This document shows, piece after piece, positions 31,106 to 43,863 of a DNA stretch of 64,000 nucleotides; position 1 is the first letter of the stretch; every line of letters starts with the position of its first letter. A program made the translations under genes and the position numbers. This stretch comes from Nitrosopumilus sp. (GTDB lineage Archaea > Thermoproteota > Nitrososphaeria > Nitrososphaerales > Nitrosopumilaceae): positions 768,001-832,000 of the forward strand of contig OZ240211.1 in NCBI GenBank assembly GCA_965197525.1, given 5' to 3'. The notes beneath the pieces were generated by a model that was given only the letters and a program-made list of their open reading frames with translations, was not told the origin of the DNA and searched no databases.

Positions 31106-31894
31106 TTGGAAATCGATGATATTTTAGAATCATTACGAGATGGAAAGATAACATCAGACAAAGCAAAAAAGCTTCTGTCATTGTATAGTATTGAAGAGAT
31201 AGAAGGATTTGCAAAAATTGACATAAACCGAAGAGACAGACGAGGGATACCAGAAGTAGTTTTTGCAGAAACAAAACAGCTAGATGAGATTAAAAAAATT
31301 ACAAAGCGAATTTTAGAGAAGACAAACTCAGTAATCATATCAAGAATAAACAAAGAGGATCAACCAAAGATCATAACATATGCGAAGAGATTAAAAGTCA
31401 AGATAAAGACTGGCAAGAACGCATCATCACTGCTGTTGTTTAAAAAACCTATCAAGTTTCAGGGAGGAGTAGTAGGAATCATTACTGCAGGTACATCAGA
31501 TATCAAGATAGCAGAAGAGTCAAGGCTGATGTGTGAGGCAATGAATTGCAGATGCATTACAAGTTATGATGTAGGGGTTGCAGGAATTCAAAGAGTGCTT
31601 CCAGTTTTAAAAGAGATGACAGAACATGACGTAGACTGTATAATAGTAGCAGCAGGAATGGAAGGGGCTTTAGCCACTCTAGTATCCACGCTAGTAGACA
31701 TACCGATCATAGGAGTCCCAACATCTGTAGGATATGGATACGGAGAGAAAGGAATTGCAGCACTTGCGTCAATGCTTCAGAGCTGTTCTTTGGGACTGTC
31801 AGTTGTGAATATTGATAACGGAATTGCAGCAGGTGCAATAGCTGCAAATATTGCAAATAGAGCAGTTAAGAAAAATAACTCCAAGAGAATATAG
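31106..31894 (+). CDS. larB: Nickel-pincer cofactor biosynthesis protein LarB (PurE-like carboxylase/hydrolase)
   Basis: RRGIPEVVFAE, AGTSDI, DVGVAGIQR, AGMEGAL, PTSVGYG and VVNIDNG motifs. Confidence 0.92.
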   Translation: MEIDDILESLRDGKITSDKAKKLLSLYSIEEIEGFAKIDINRRDRRGIPEVVFAETKQLDEIKKITKRILEKTNSVIISRINKEDQPKIITYAKRLKVKIKTGKNASSLLLFKKPIKFQGGVVGIITAGTSDIKIAEESRLMCEAMNCRCITSYDVGVAGIQRVLPVLKEMTEHDVDCIIVAAGMEGALATLVSTLVDIPIIGVPTSVGYGYGEKGIAALASMLQSCSLGLSVVNIDNGIAAGAIAANIANRAVKKNNSKRI

Positions 31895-32009
31895 CACCAA
31901 TGCTGCAAGATGAAATCTGACAAATTTTTGTATTTACTTGTACGCAGATTCAAGTACAGTCAGTAGAGACAACATCAAGCACGGGTTCTGTGAAGTTATC
32001 GAGGGTTAA

Positions 32010-32143
32010 CCCCTATAAACTTGACTTTGACATATCGACTATTCGGATTACCAATGGTGTGCCGGGTTCCGTCATCGCCGGCTCAAAAGTGCCGGACTGC
32101 GCTTCATCTATGTCATCTCTACTACCCCTAAACCTAGGGGGCA
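32010..32143 (-). ncRNA. Predicted TnpB omegaRNA scaffold (E2); boundaries approximate
   Basis: Hairpins CCCCT-aggttt-AGGGG and CCGGC-acttttga-GCCGG on the minus strand. Confidence 0.55.
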
Positions 32144-33200
32144 GCTTGCGTGATATGTTCATGGCAGCGATAATATCCCTGTCCATAAACAAACCGCAAT
32201 TATTACACGACATTTTACGATGTTGTTGCATGTCCTCTTGGAGTCTCTTTCCGCATTTCGGACACTGCGTGCTCGTGTTTCTTGGGTCTACTGTCTCGAC
32301 TGGAGGCAACCCGACCCATTGGGCTTTGTATTCTATTTGGCGTTGTAACTCGTAGAATTGCCACCCGTTCAATCTACGTCTGTACTTGTTACCTTGACTG
32401 TTTCCTTTTCGGTACAATTTTCTTATTCCTTTCAGGTTTTCCATGACGATTGCAGTCTTGTTTTTGACTGCGTTGTATACCATATCCTTTGAGATTCTGT
32501 GGATGTACTGCTTTGTTCTATTGCTCATTCGTCTCTGTCTTTGTTTCCAGAATTGACCTTTCTTCCTGCGATCATTTCTGTGGAATCCTGCCCTGGCGTG
32601 TATTGTGTTCTCCTTTATGGATAACAGTTTATTTGTCTTGTAGACTGTCACCTCTTCCTCGTTCCCACACGTCACATTTCTTAGGTTTCTGTCTATTCCC
32701 ATTTTCTTGGTGCACTCTATCTCTTGTACTGTTTTTGAAACACAAAGACTGATGTTCAGAGCAGTCAATGAAAACGAGCGCACCGTCAAGGCGGGATCAG
32801 ATAGGATTTTTTGGGTGTGAACGTTGAGTAAAATGTTGATTGGGTTATGTTTCTTGTATGGGATTGTGAGTAGTGCACCGCTGTGTCGTATACCGTAACA
32901 GTTTGTCATAAAGGGATTTTTGACTATTGGGTCTCTTATTCTGACACCTCGTTTGATTGACTGTTTTCTGTTTGATAACATGCCTGCAGCTCGTGATATT
33001 GCATTTAGTTTGTATGAAGACAGGATGTCATAATTACGTAATTCATGATAACATAACATGGACAACCTCTTCATATTGTGAGTGTCTTCTTTCAATCCTG
33101 TCTTGATGCAATGATTGACCATCTTTGTGAATATAGCCATCATATCCATTAGATCAGAGTTCGGCGTATATTTCTGTGATATTGACTTTATCGCTTTCAA
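32013..33200 (-). CDS. tnpB: TnpB RNA-guided endonuclease
   Basis: RuvC D/E/D motifs (GIDRN, MENLKG, MDRDII) and Zn finger intact; near-identical to the 49072 copy. Confidence 0.93.
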   Translation of the reverse strand: MKAIKSISQKYTPNSDLMDMMAIFTKMVNHCIKTGLKEDTHNMKRLSMLCYHELRNYDILSSYKLNAISRAAGMLSNRKQSIKRGVRIRDPIVKNPFMTNCYGIRHSGALLTIPYKKHNPINILLNVHTQKILSDPALTVRSFSLTALNISLCVSKTVQEIECTKKMGIDRNLRNVTCGNEEEVTVYKTNKLLSIKENTIHARAGFHRNDRRKKGQFWKQRQRRMSNRTKQYIHRISKDMVYNAVKNKTAIVMENLKGIRKLYRKGNSQGNKYRRRLNGWQFYELQRQIEYKAQWVGLPPVETVDPRNTSTQCPKCGKRLQEDMQQHRKMSCNNCGLFMDRDIIAAMNISRKLPPRFRGSRDDIDEAQSGTFEPAMTEPGTPLVIRIVDMSKSSL

Positions 33201-33316
33201 CGAATATCTTACGGTTTAGAGGTTTATACAATTTAGGGATTAACAGATAACCCTCGATAACTTCACAGAACCCAAGCACGTAAATGATATATAACATATA
33301 TTGAATAGTTTTATAG

Positions 33317-34897
33317 TTGTCAGGCAAACGTGTCGTACTAACTGCTGATCGTAGTTTAATGACAAATTATCGTGGAAACTTCTTATACGGATTTATTGCA
33401 TGTGGTCCCTATGAAGTATTACCAGAGTGGGTCTTTGACAAAGTATTTTGCCCTTCAGTTGAGACTGACCCAACAACAGGACAAGTCAAAGTTGCCCAAG
33501 TTGGACTGCGAAGAATAGAAAGTTCGTTACTACAGGGAGGATACAAGAGAGAAGATGTATTTATGGCACATCCTGAAATGTTAGCAAAATCAATAGGGCC
33601 TGATACCAAAGTTGTTGGGGTCAATGTAATGGATCCGTTAGGAATGGCGCCGGTTACAACAACAATGTCTCCTGAAAAGTTATCGTATGTTGCAATGAAG
33701 TTCAAAAAGATGTGTGCCAGTATAATTCAGCTCAAGAAAAAATATGATTTTAAAGTTGTAGTAGGCGGTAACGGTGCATGGGAGCTTGCAAAATCAGATA
33801 GAATGAAGATACACGGAATAGATACCGTAGTTGTAGGCGAGGCAGACGAATTAGCAGTAGATCTATTTCAAGATTTAGAAAAGAATGACGCCCCAGAGAT
33901 GATGCATTGTTTTGTAAGAAACCTTGAGAATATTCCGGTTATAGAAGGTCCTACAATTAACTCACTGATAGAGGCAATGCGTGGCTGTGGAAGGGGATGT
34001 GATTTTTGTGATGTTAACAAGAGATCAAAGAAAGATCTGCCTCTAGATAGATTACAGTACGAGGCAAAAACAAATTTGGATTATGGGTTTGACTCGATTT
34101 GGTTACACTCTGATGAGATGTTGCTTTATGGATGTGACAACAGAGACTTTATTCCAAACAGGGATGCCATAGTTGATTTGTGGAAAGGGTTGAAAGGATT
34201 GGGTGCAAACTTTGTTGGAACAACACATATGACATTCTCAGCAGTGGCAGCAGATCCTACACTCATGAAGCAAATTTCACATATCAACGAGCAAGACAAG
34301 ACAGGAAGATGGCTTGCTACCAACTTGGGAATTGAGACAGTAGCTCCTGCAATGGTAAAGAAACACCTAGGCGTCAAGACAAAACCATTTGCACCTGAAG
34401 AGTGGGGAAGCGTTGTAAGAGAAGGTGCAAAGATTTTAAATGAGAACCATTGGTTCCCTGCAGCCACAATAATTATTGGTTGGCCTGACGAGACACCGGA
34501 TGATATCCAACATACGATTGATATGATAAGTGACTTCAAAGAGATGGACTTTAGGGGGCTGGTGGCGCCATTGCTGTACCAAGACTTTAGTGAAAAGAAC
34601 TCTATGCATTTTGGGAATTTAAATGAGGCGCAATTTACATTGTTTTGGAAGTGCTGGGAGAATAACTTGCGTGTAATTAATGACATTATTCCGATTATTC
34701 TCAGAAACAAGACGTATGGGCCACCGATGAAGGTATTCATGTACGGAATTCTCAAAGCAGGCACATGGGCAATAATGAGATATCTTCGCGGACTGTGCAA
34801 AGACTTGTTTAACGGCAGAACACCTGATGAGATTATTGATAAATATGCAAGAAGTAGATCGGTGACTGCACCTAAAATTCAAACAAAGAAATTATAG
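33317..34897 (+). CDS. Radical SAM protein (B12-binding/radical SAM-like family)
   Basis: CGRGCDFC (CxxxCxxC). Confidence 0.85.
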   Translation: MSGKRVVLTADRSLMTNYRGNFLYGFIACGPYEVLPEWVFDKVFCPSVETDPTTGQVKVAQVGLRRIESSLLQGGYKREDVFMAHPEMLAKSIGPDTKVVGVNVMDPLGMAPVTTTMSPEKLSYVAMKFKKMCASIIQLKKKYDFKVVVGGNGAWELAKSDRMKIHGIDTVVVGEADELAVDLFQDLEKNDAPEMMHCFVRNLENIPVIEGPTINSLIEAMRGCGRGCDFCDVNKRSKKDLPLDRLQYEAKTNLDYGFDSIWLHSDEMLLYGCDNRDFIPNRDAIVDLWKGLKGLGANFVGTTHMTFSAVAADPTLMKQISHINEQDKTGRWLATNLGIETVAPAMVKKHLGVKTKPFAPEEWGSVVREGAKILNENHWFPAATIIIGWPDETPDDIQHTIDMISDFKEMDFRGLVAPLLYQDFSEKNSMHFGNLNEAQFTLFWKCWENNLRVINDIIPIILRNKTYGPPMKVFMYGILKAGTWAIMRYLRGLCKDLFNGRTPDEIIDKYARSRSVTAPKIQTKKL

Positions 34898-34984
34898 AGA
34901 TATCATCAACAGCAGTAGCAACAACAACAAAATGATAATAAAAAAGATACATGTAGCAGAATTGTTACTTGAATAAAAAAGAGA

Positions 34985-35314
34985 TTAGAGTTTTTCAATA
35001 GCAAAGTCGGCAATGGTATTTCTTTTTGGTGTGATAGAAATAAAATACACCTTGTCTGCGCGCTCTATTGCACTTACTTTTTTAAATGATGTATCAGAGA
35101 CGTCAAACTCATAGATGCCTTGATCCAATGACCCTGAGGCATAAAGCATTAGATACGTATCACCAGTTGCGGCGCCTAGTGGAATGAAAGACATTACATA
35201 GCCTTTGTAAGAGTTTATAGGCATGGTATTCTTCATTGGCGGTGCAGCCGATGTCATATACATAAGAAGATCTTCTATGGTATTGAATTCTTCATACTCT
35301 ATATGCATAAACAC
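34985..35314 (-). CDS. Hypothetical protein
   Basis: 109-aa ORF with normal composition. Confidence 0.65.
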   Translation of the reverse strand: MFMHIEYEEFNTIEDLLMYMTSAAPPMKNTMPINSYKGYVMSFIPLGAATGDTYLMLYASGSLDQGIYEFDVSDTSFKKVSAIERADKVYFISITPKRNTIADFAIEKL

Positions 35315-35350
35315 TGTAAAAAGAGTCAGTATAATAATCTTATATAATCA

Positions 35351-35738
35351 GGTTCTGTGAAGTTATAGAGACCTGAAACATGAATGAATGAATATCGTTA
35401 ATTATATCATAATTATGTTGAATCCAACAAACACGAACACGCAATGTCCAGGATGCGGAAAGATATTCCAAGAGGACATGCAATACAGATGTAAAATATC
35501 GTGTACTAATTGTGGATTGTTCATGAACAGCAACAACATTGCCATGAACACATCTCACAAGCTGTCCCCTAGGTTTAGGGATAGTAGAGGTGACATACAT
35601 GAAGCGCAGTCTGGCACTTTTGAGCTGGCAATGTCGGAACCTAGTACACCGGTAATCCGAATAGTCGATATGTCAAAGTCAAGTAATAGGAGAAACACAC
35701 CTTGGTAAATCAACGGGTACCTATAACTTCACAGAACC
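35351..35738 (+). mobile_element. 388-bp miniature element E4 (TIRs plus tnpB 3' end/omegaRNA region) with perfect 8-bp TSD
   Basis: TIRs identical for 18 bp (21/24); TATAATCA duplicated at 35343-35350 and 35739-35746; the interior keeps only the Zn-finger/tail part of tnpB. Confidence 0.93.
35561..35692 (+). ncRNA. Predicted omegaRNA scaffold in mini-element E4
   Basis: Same conserved hairpins as in E1-E3. Confidence 0.5.
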
Positions 35739-35902
35739 TATAATCAATGAGAATCGTCCTTTTATTCTATAAAGAGTGCCAAGGTAAACAAAAAGACAAG
35801 AATTACCATACCGAGAGGCACAAGTCATGATGTTTTTATAATCATGAAAGCAGACAATGCATGAATTGTGGTATTAGATGTAGAACGCTTATGCATGTGT
35901 GA

Positions 35903-36415
35903 TTACAGTGAAGAGAATATATCTTCAAGGGCTAAGGCAGGTGCGTCTAATAAGTGTGGGTGATAGTCATCTACGAGACGATCCACTGTACTTCTATCCA
36001 CGATACCGTAGGATATCTTTGTGTTTGTCAGACGTCTCCACACTACATTGTCTCTGACTAGGTGTGAAAGAGATACAGACACGGTAGAAGGTGATCTGTT
36101 AGAAAGTTTTGTTATTTGATCAAATGTCAAACCCTCTGGATTTTGCATAAGAGCAAGAATCAAACGTCTATGAGTATTACGTCTAAGATATCTGCATAGA
36201 GTAGATTCTACATCTGAAAGACCAAGGGGATAGTAATGGGTTCGACGCTGGAATCGTTCTACTGTTACAATGCCTAATTTTTCAATCATGCGTAGATGAT
36301 TACTCAAAGTGCCGTTGGCCATTCCTGTACGGCGCATGATCTCCCGATACTGTATTCCAGGATTGCCACGAATTACACATAGTATATTTTGGCGTTTATC
36401 TGACATACTAGTCAT
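35903..36415 (-). CDS. Tandem winged-HTH transcriptional regulator
   Basis: NPGIQYREIMRRTGMANGTLSNHL and a second HTH (LTFDQITKLSNRSPSTVSVSLSHL). Confidence 0.85.
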   Translation of the reverse strand: MTSMSDKRQNILCVIRGNPGIQYREIMRRTGMANGTLSNHLRMIEKLGIVTVERFQRRTHYYPLGLSDVESTLCRYLRRNTHRRLILALMQNPEGLTFDQITKLSNRSPSTVSVSLSHLVRDNVVWRRLTNTKISYGIVDRSTVDRLVDDYHPHLLDAPALALEDIFSSL

Positions 36416-36797
36416 TTCTGAACACCCCCATAGACATGGTGCAAAACGCTACCAATAGCATTACGTGACTAATTTCAGACAATGACATTGAACCAAAAGT
36501 GTAAACAAATGGCCAAGTGATGTCCACTAGCATATGTACCTCTGCAAATACGAACATGAACAATCCCACACATGTAAATCCCATACGTTTGGTTCTAGTA
36601 CGAGAGTAAGCCACAGTGCCAAGCACGGCCAAAAACGCAGCTAAAATGATGCTTCCAACGTGTAACATAATATGTGCTGTATGAGTCCCATGAAAGAGAT
36701 GTGGAAGTATTATTGGCACAGCCAAAATTCCTAGCACTAGTATCATTACTATGCCAAGTAAGGCAGGTTTGTTAACTAAAATCTGAGAGTTGAGCAT
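36408..36797 (-). CDS. Small integral membrane protein
   Basis: Four hydrophobic segments with His residues; overlaps the regulator start. Confidence 0.7.
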   Translation of the reverse strand: MLNSQILVNKPALLGIVMILVLGILAVPIILPHLFHGTHTAHIMLHVGSIILAAFLAVLGTVAYSRTRTKRMGFTCVGLFMFVFAEVHMLVDITWPFVYTFGSMSLSEISHVMLLVAFCTMSMGVFRND

Positions 36798-36979
36798 ATA
36801 CAGAATTACTGCATCTGTTCTTATAATGTATGTGGTTCATTTATCGAACAGATGTAGCTGATAGATATCTCCAAGTTCAGTACATATAGTTATAGGATAC
36901 ATATTTGTCATTTGGGGGTGTGGTACATTCGTAGTATGTATCACAATGATTACTAATGTTACAGATAGTATTATTGTAA

Positions 36980-38566
36980 ATGAAGCAAAAAACATTACTG
37001 ATTGTAATGCTAGCAGTGACACTTGTAGCGGCAACTAACAGTGCATATGGAGATCACGCAGAGGTAGCAGTTAGCATCACTCCCGGTTCTCAGAGTGATT
37101 GCAAGACAAACCCATGCTATGTACCATCTGAAATTGTATTGAATGTTGGGGACGTTGTTACATGGTCAAACGATGGAGCAGTAAGTACTCAAGTTATGAG
37201 CGGCACCATAGGCGATGCTGACGAAGGAAGTGTGTTTGATTCAGGACTAATTCCGATTGGCAATATGTACTCGTTCAAGTTTGAGAATGCAGGAACATAT
37301 CATTTCTTCTCACCAATCCAACCATGGATGAAAGGAACTATTGTTGTCTCAGAATCACAAAGAAATGATTCAGATGATGAGCATGACGAACATGTGCATG
37401 GGCACTCGGTAATAGAATCAACAGTACAGGTCAGTATGGATATTGATGTTGACGTAGAGCCTGAAGGCGGAGTCAACGTGTACATAATGACTGAGAATTG
37501 GAGATGGGCACCTGAAAATGTTAACACTGAACATATTCCTGGTGAAGGACACGCGCATGTTTATGTAGATGGTGAAAAGATCAATCGTGTATATGGTTCA
37601 CACTACTACATTAAAGATGTAGAAGCCGGCGAGCATGTTATTCGGGTGTCGCTTAATACAAACGAACACAACGAGTTTACTGTTGATGGGACACTAGTAG
37701 AAGCAACACAGACCATAACTGTTGAGAAGAGTCATGGTGATATGAGTGAACGTGTTCCGGTAGAAGCTACAGCATCAATGGCAGTAGAAATCATGGTACA
37801 TCCTGATTTATTAGGAGGATACAACATGCAGGTTATCCCTACTGACTTTGTATTCTCAGGAGAGCATGTCAATGGTGAGCATGTCAATGGTGAAGGATAC
37901 GCGTATGTAAACATAGATGGAGAACATCACACGCGTATGTATGGGGAATGGCTCAAACTACCTAGTCTGGAACCTAGGATGCATACAATCACAGTAGGAT
38001 TGAATGCTAATGACCATAGTCCTTACCACCAAAACAACAAACCAGTATCGGTCTCAACTGCCATACATGCAGATGACGCAGACAAAATGATGATGGATCA
38101 TGACAAGATGATGGATCATCATGATGACACGAAGATGACAATGACTGACGATCCATCTGCTACAGGAATTCTATCTGATGGAACTGTGGTTATGATCAAG
38201 GTAGACGAGCTTGTGATAGGACAGCAATCAAGGATTGATGTCGTATTTGATGATGTAAAACACGTAAACTATGATCTCATGGTAACACAAAATGGGGTTG
38301 ACGTGTTAACAGACAAGAACTATCGTGCAATGACTGGATCAAGTATTCATACAACTAACACGCTAGAATCAGATGAACCGCTTGACATTACCATCATTGT
38401 ACAAGGTTACGGCATGTCAGAACCATATACTGGACCCATAGACGAACATGTGGTGTTTACTAACATTGTACCAGAATTTGGCATGATTGTAATTGCGGTA
38501 CTTGGCGTTGCCATGACGTGCACTGCAATCTTTGGAACAAGGACATCTGCAATGCTGAGATCTTGA
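36980..38566 (+). CDS. PEFG-CTERM surface protein with a degenerate cupredoxin domain and duplicated His-rich domains
   Basis: Cupredoxin fold (FDSGLI...AGTYHFFSPIQPWMKGTIVV); repeated GEGHAHVYVDG / GEGYAYVNIDG; VPEFG tail. Confidence 0.8.
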   Translation: MKQKTLLIVMLAVTLVAATNSAYGDHAEVAVSITPGSQSDCKTNPCYVPSEIVLNVGDVVTWSNDGAVSTQVMSGTIGDADEGSVFDSGLIPIGNMYSFKFENAGTYHFFSPIQPWMKGTIVVSESQRNDSDDEHDEHVHGHSVIESTVQVSMDIDVDVEPEGGVNVYIMTENWRWAPENVNTEHIPGEGHAHVYVDGEKINRVYGSHYYIKDVEAGEHVIRVSLNTNEHNEFTVDGTLVEATQTITVEKSHGDMSERVPVEATASMAVEIMVHPDLLGGYNMQVIPTDFVFSGEHVNGEHVNGEGYAYVNIDGEHHTRMYGEWLKLPSLEPRMHTITVGLNANDHSPYHQNNKPVSVSTAIHADDADKMMMDHDKMMDHHDDTKMTMTDDPSATGILSDGTVVMIKVDELVIGQQSRIDVVFDDVKHVNYDLMVTQNGVDVLTDKNYRAMTGSSIHTTNTLESDEPLDITIIVQGYGMSEPYTGPIDEHVVFTNIVPEFGMIVIAVLGVAMTCTAIFGTRTSAMLRS

Positions 38567-38699
38567 TGATCATAAGCAGTTTCAAAACTCTATCTTTTTT
38601 TTATTATTATAATTATTTAATTTTAACCAATTACACAACTCTTCATCTAACATGAGACAGGGATAATGCAGAGAGATCAGATAAAACCTGAGATACAGA

Positions 38700-39887
38700 T
38701 TAGTGTTTTCTAGATTTAAAGTATTTGTGAACTTGGAATCCAATTAATGCAGGTGCTGCAATATACATGCCAAGGTTCAATGCAATTACAGAGATGCCCA
38801 GTCCAAGAACATCAAACTCTGAACCATCATCAGCTAGCGACATAATTGGGAGTGTTGATATCATAGGAGTGATAAATGCTTGGACTGCCTGTCTAAATAC
38901 CGGACTCTCTCGTTCCATATCAGCAATGGCAGGAGAGAATGCATAATAGAATTCATTAAATCCAGACATAAATGTAATTCCAGACGATGTACTCATCAGT
39001 GTATTGTCCCTTACCTCTCTGAGTAGTTGAACCTGTGGCGCTAATTCAGTACCATATGCTGCTGTTGCAATCAAACATCCGTTAGTAGGAGGTGGTGATG
39101 GAGGAGTAGTTGATACAACTTGACATATGCCATCAACTAGTTCAGTTCCAGGACCACATACGGGATCTGTGGATGGTTCAACAGGTGGTGTAGTAGGTGG
39201 TGGTGGTGGAGGTGGAGGTGGAGCAGAACCAGCGACTCGTACTGTTTCTGTAATTTCAGCATAATTGTTCTCAGAGTCGGTTACTCTGTATGTTACTGTG
39301 TATTCCCCTGCAGTATTAGTATCTACAGATGAAGTACCCGTGACAGAAGTTGAGGTGTCAGATTCATCAAAGATGTTTTGAATGGTACCAGCCGAGTACA
39401 CGTCGCCTAACTCAAGATTTGTCACAAAGTCACGAGTATTACCAGAGATATCAAACTCGGGAGGATCATTATCAAGAGTGGTTGAAGGGCCTGCGGCTCC
39501 ATTATAGTTGATTACAGCCGTACCAATGTTTGAGTTATAGTGAAATTCAATAGTATATTCCCCATTTACATTCCATAAATTACCGCCCACAATAAAACGG
39601 ACTTCAAATGAACCGTCAGAGTTAGGAACTGGTTGTCCGATATGTATACGCGGATTATTAGAGGAGCTAACTACAAATGTTAGTCCATACCCATCTGCAG
39701 CATCATAATTTTTTAGATTTCCGGTTATAGTTATTTCATCGCCAGCAGCATAGAGTGGTAGTGGATCAGATATTGATACTGATACTGGAAGAATATCATG
39801 ACTGTCTGCAAATGCAGAGCCATCCAAACCGTAAGAAAGAATAGAAATTGTTAATAACGTAAACACAAAGGATTTGGTTAGCCTCAT
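38700..39887 (-). CDS. CFI-box-CTERM surface protein with an Ig-like (DUF5011-like) domain and Pro-rich linker
   Basis: GCLIATAAYGTELAPQVQLLREVRD; VDTNTAGEYTVTYRVTD; poly-Pro. Confidence 0.85.
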   Translation of the reverse strand: MRLTKSFVFTLLTISILSYGLDGSAFADSHDILPVSVSISDPLPLYAAGDEITITGNLKNYDAADGYGLTFVVSSSNNPRIHIGQPVPNSDGSFEVRFIVGGNLWNVNGEYTIEFHYNSNIGTAVINYNGAAGPSTTLDNDPPEFDISGNTRDFVTNLELGDVYSAGTIQNIFDESDTSTSVTGTSSVDTNTAGEYTVTYRVTDSENNYAEITETVRVAGSAPPPPPPPPPTTPPVEPSTDPVCGPGTELVDGICQVVSTTPPSPPPTNGCLIATAAYGTELAPQVQLLREVRDNTLMSTSSGITFMSGFNEFYYAFSPAIADMERESPVFRQAVQAFITPMISTLPIMSLADDGSEFDVLGLGISVIALNLGMYIAAPALIGFQVHKYFKSRKH

Positions 39888-40226
39888 TTTACTTAATTGA
39901 AGAATTAACGGTATTTATGTTTTCATAAAACGAAAATTGACTGGATCATATAAAAGATTGAATTTTTTTGATCCCAACAGATTATAAAAAAATCAATGGG
40001 AATATGTACATGATCTCAGAAATGATGATAGCAAACTGCCAAGATACGTAAACTATGAAAAAATTCAAGAGTCAAAGAGCAATAAAGCAAAAAAGATCTA
40101 GTTGAGCTGTTACATTGAAATTCGTAAACAAGATCAGGATCATGGCGTCATCTTCATATGTCACTGTATTTTGCACATGCGTCACGTCCTTCACACACGG
40201 TATACATGACCATAATCAGATCGTCA

Positions 40227-43490
<3,264 letters not shown>

Positions 43491-43863
43491 AAGATCAGTA
43501 TATTATCGTAAATAATAATATTCAGTGCAAGGCAGATTATTGAAATAGATTCATAAACCCACATTAACGTTTTGTAATTCAGACATTACTTTATACATAT
43601 AAAAAAATCAGAGAAAAGATAATACTCTATCATTCAAAAAATATAGATGGATAGAAACAGAGATAATCAAAAGGAGAAAAATTGGTGGGCATTAGTTATA
43701 AAAACTAAAAACTAATTTCGAAAAAAATATGATATTGTTTTAGAGATATTAGAGTAACCACAACGACATACATCATCGTCATCATCAAACGATGTGTTGA
43801 AGAAAAACGACAATTACATAAATACCTAAATGATATAAGCTGTGCTATAAAACAAGAAATCAT

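Larger units (their letters stand above)
31984..33272 (-). mobile_element. TIR-bounded tnpB element E2 with perfect 8-bp TSD
   Basis: Perfect 25-bp TIR GGTTCTGTGAAGTTATCGAGGGTTA; CAAGCACG duplicated at 31976-31983 and 33273-33280. Confidence 0.95.
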
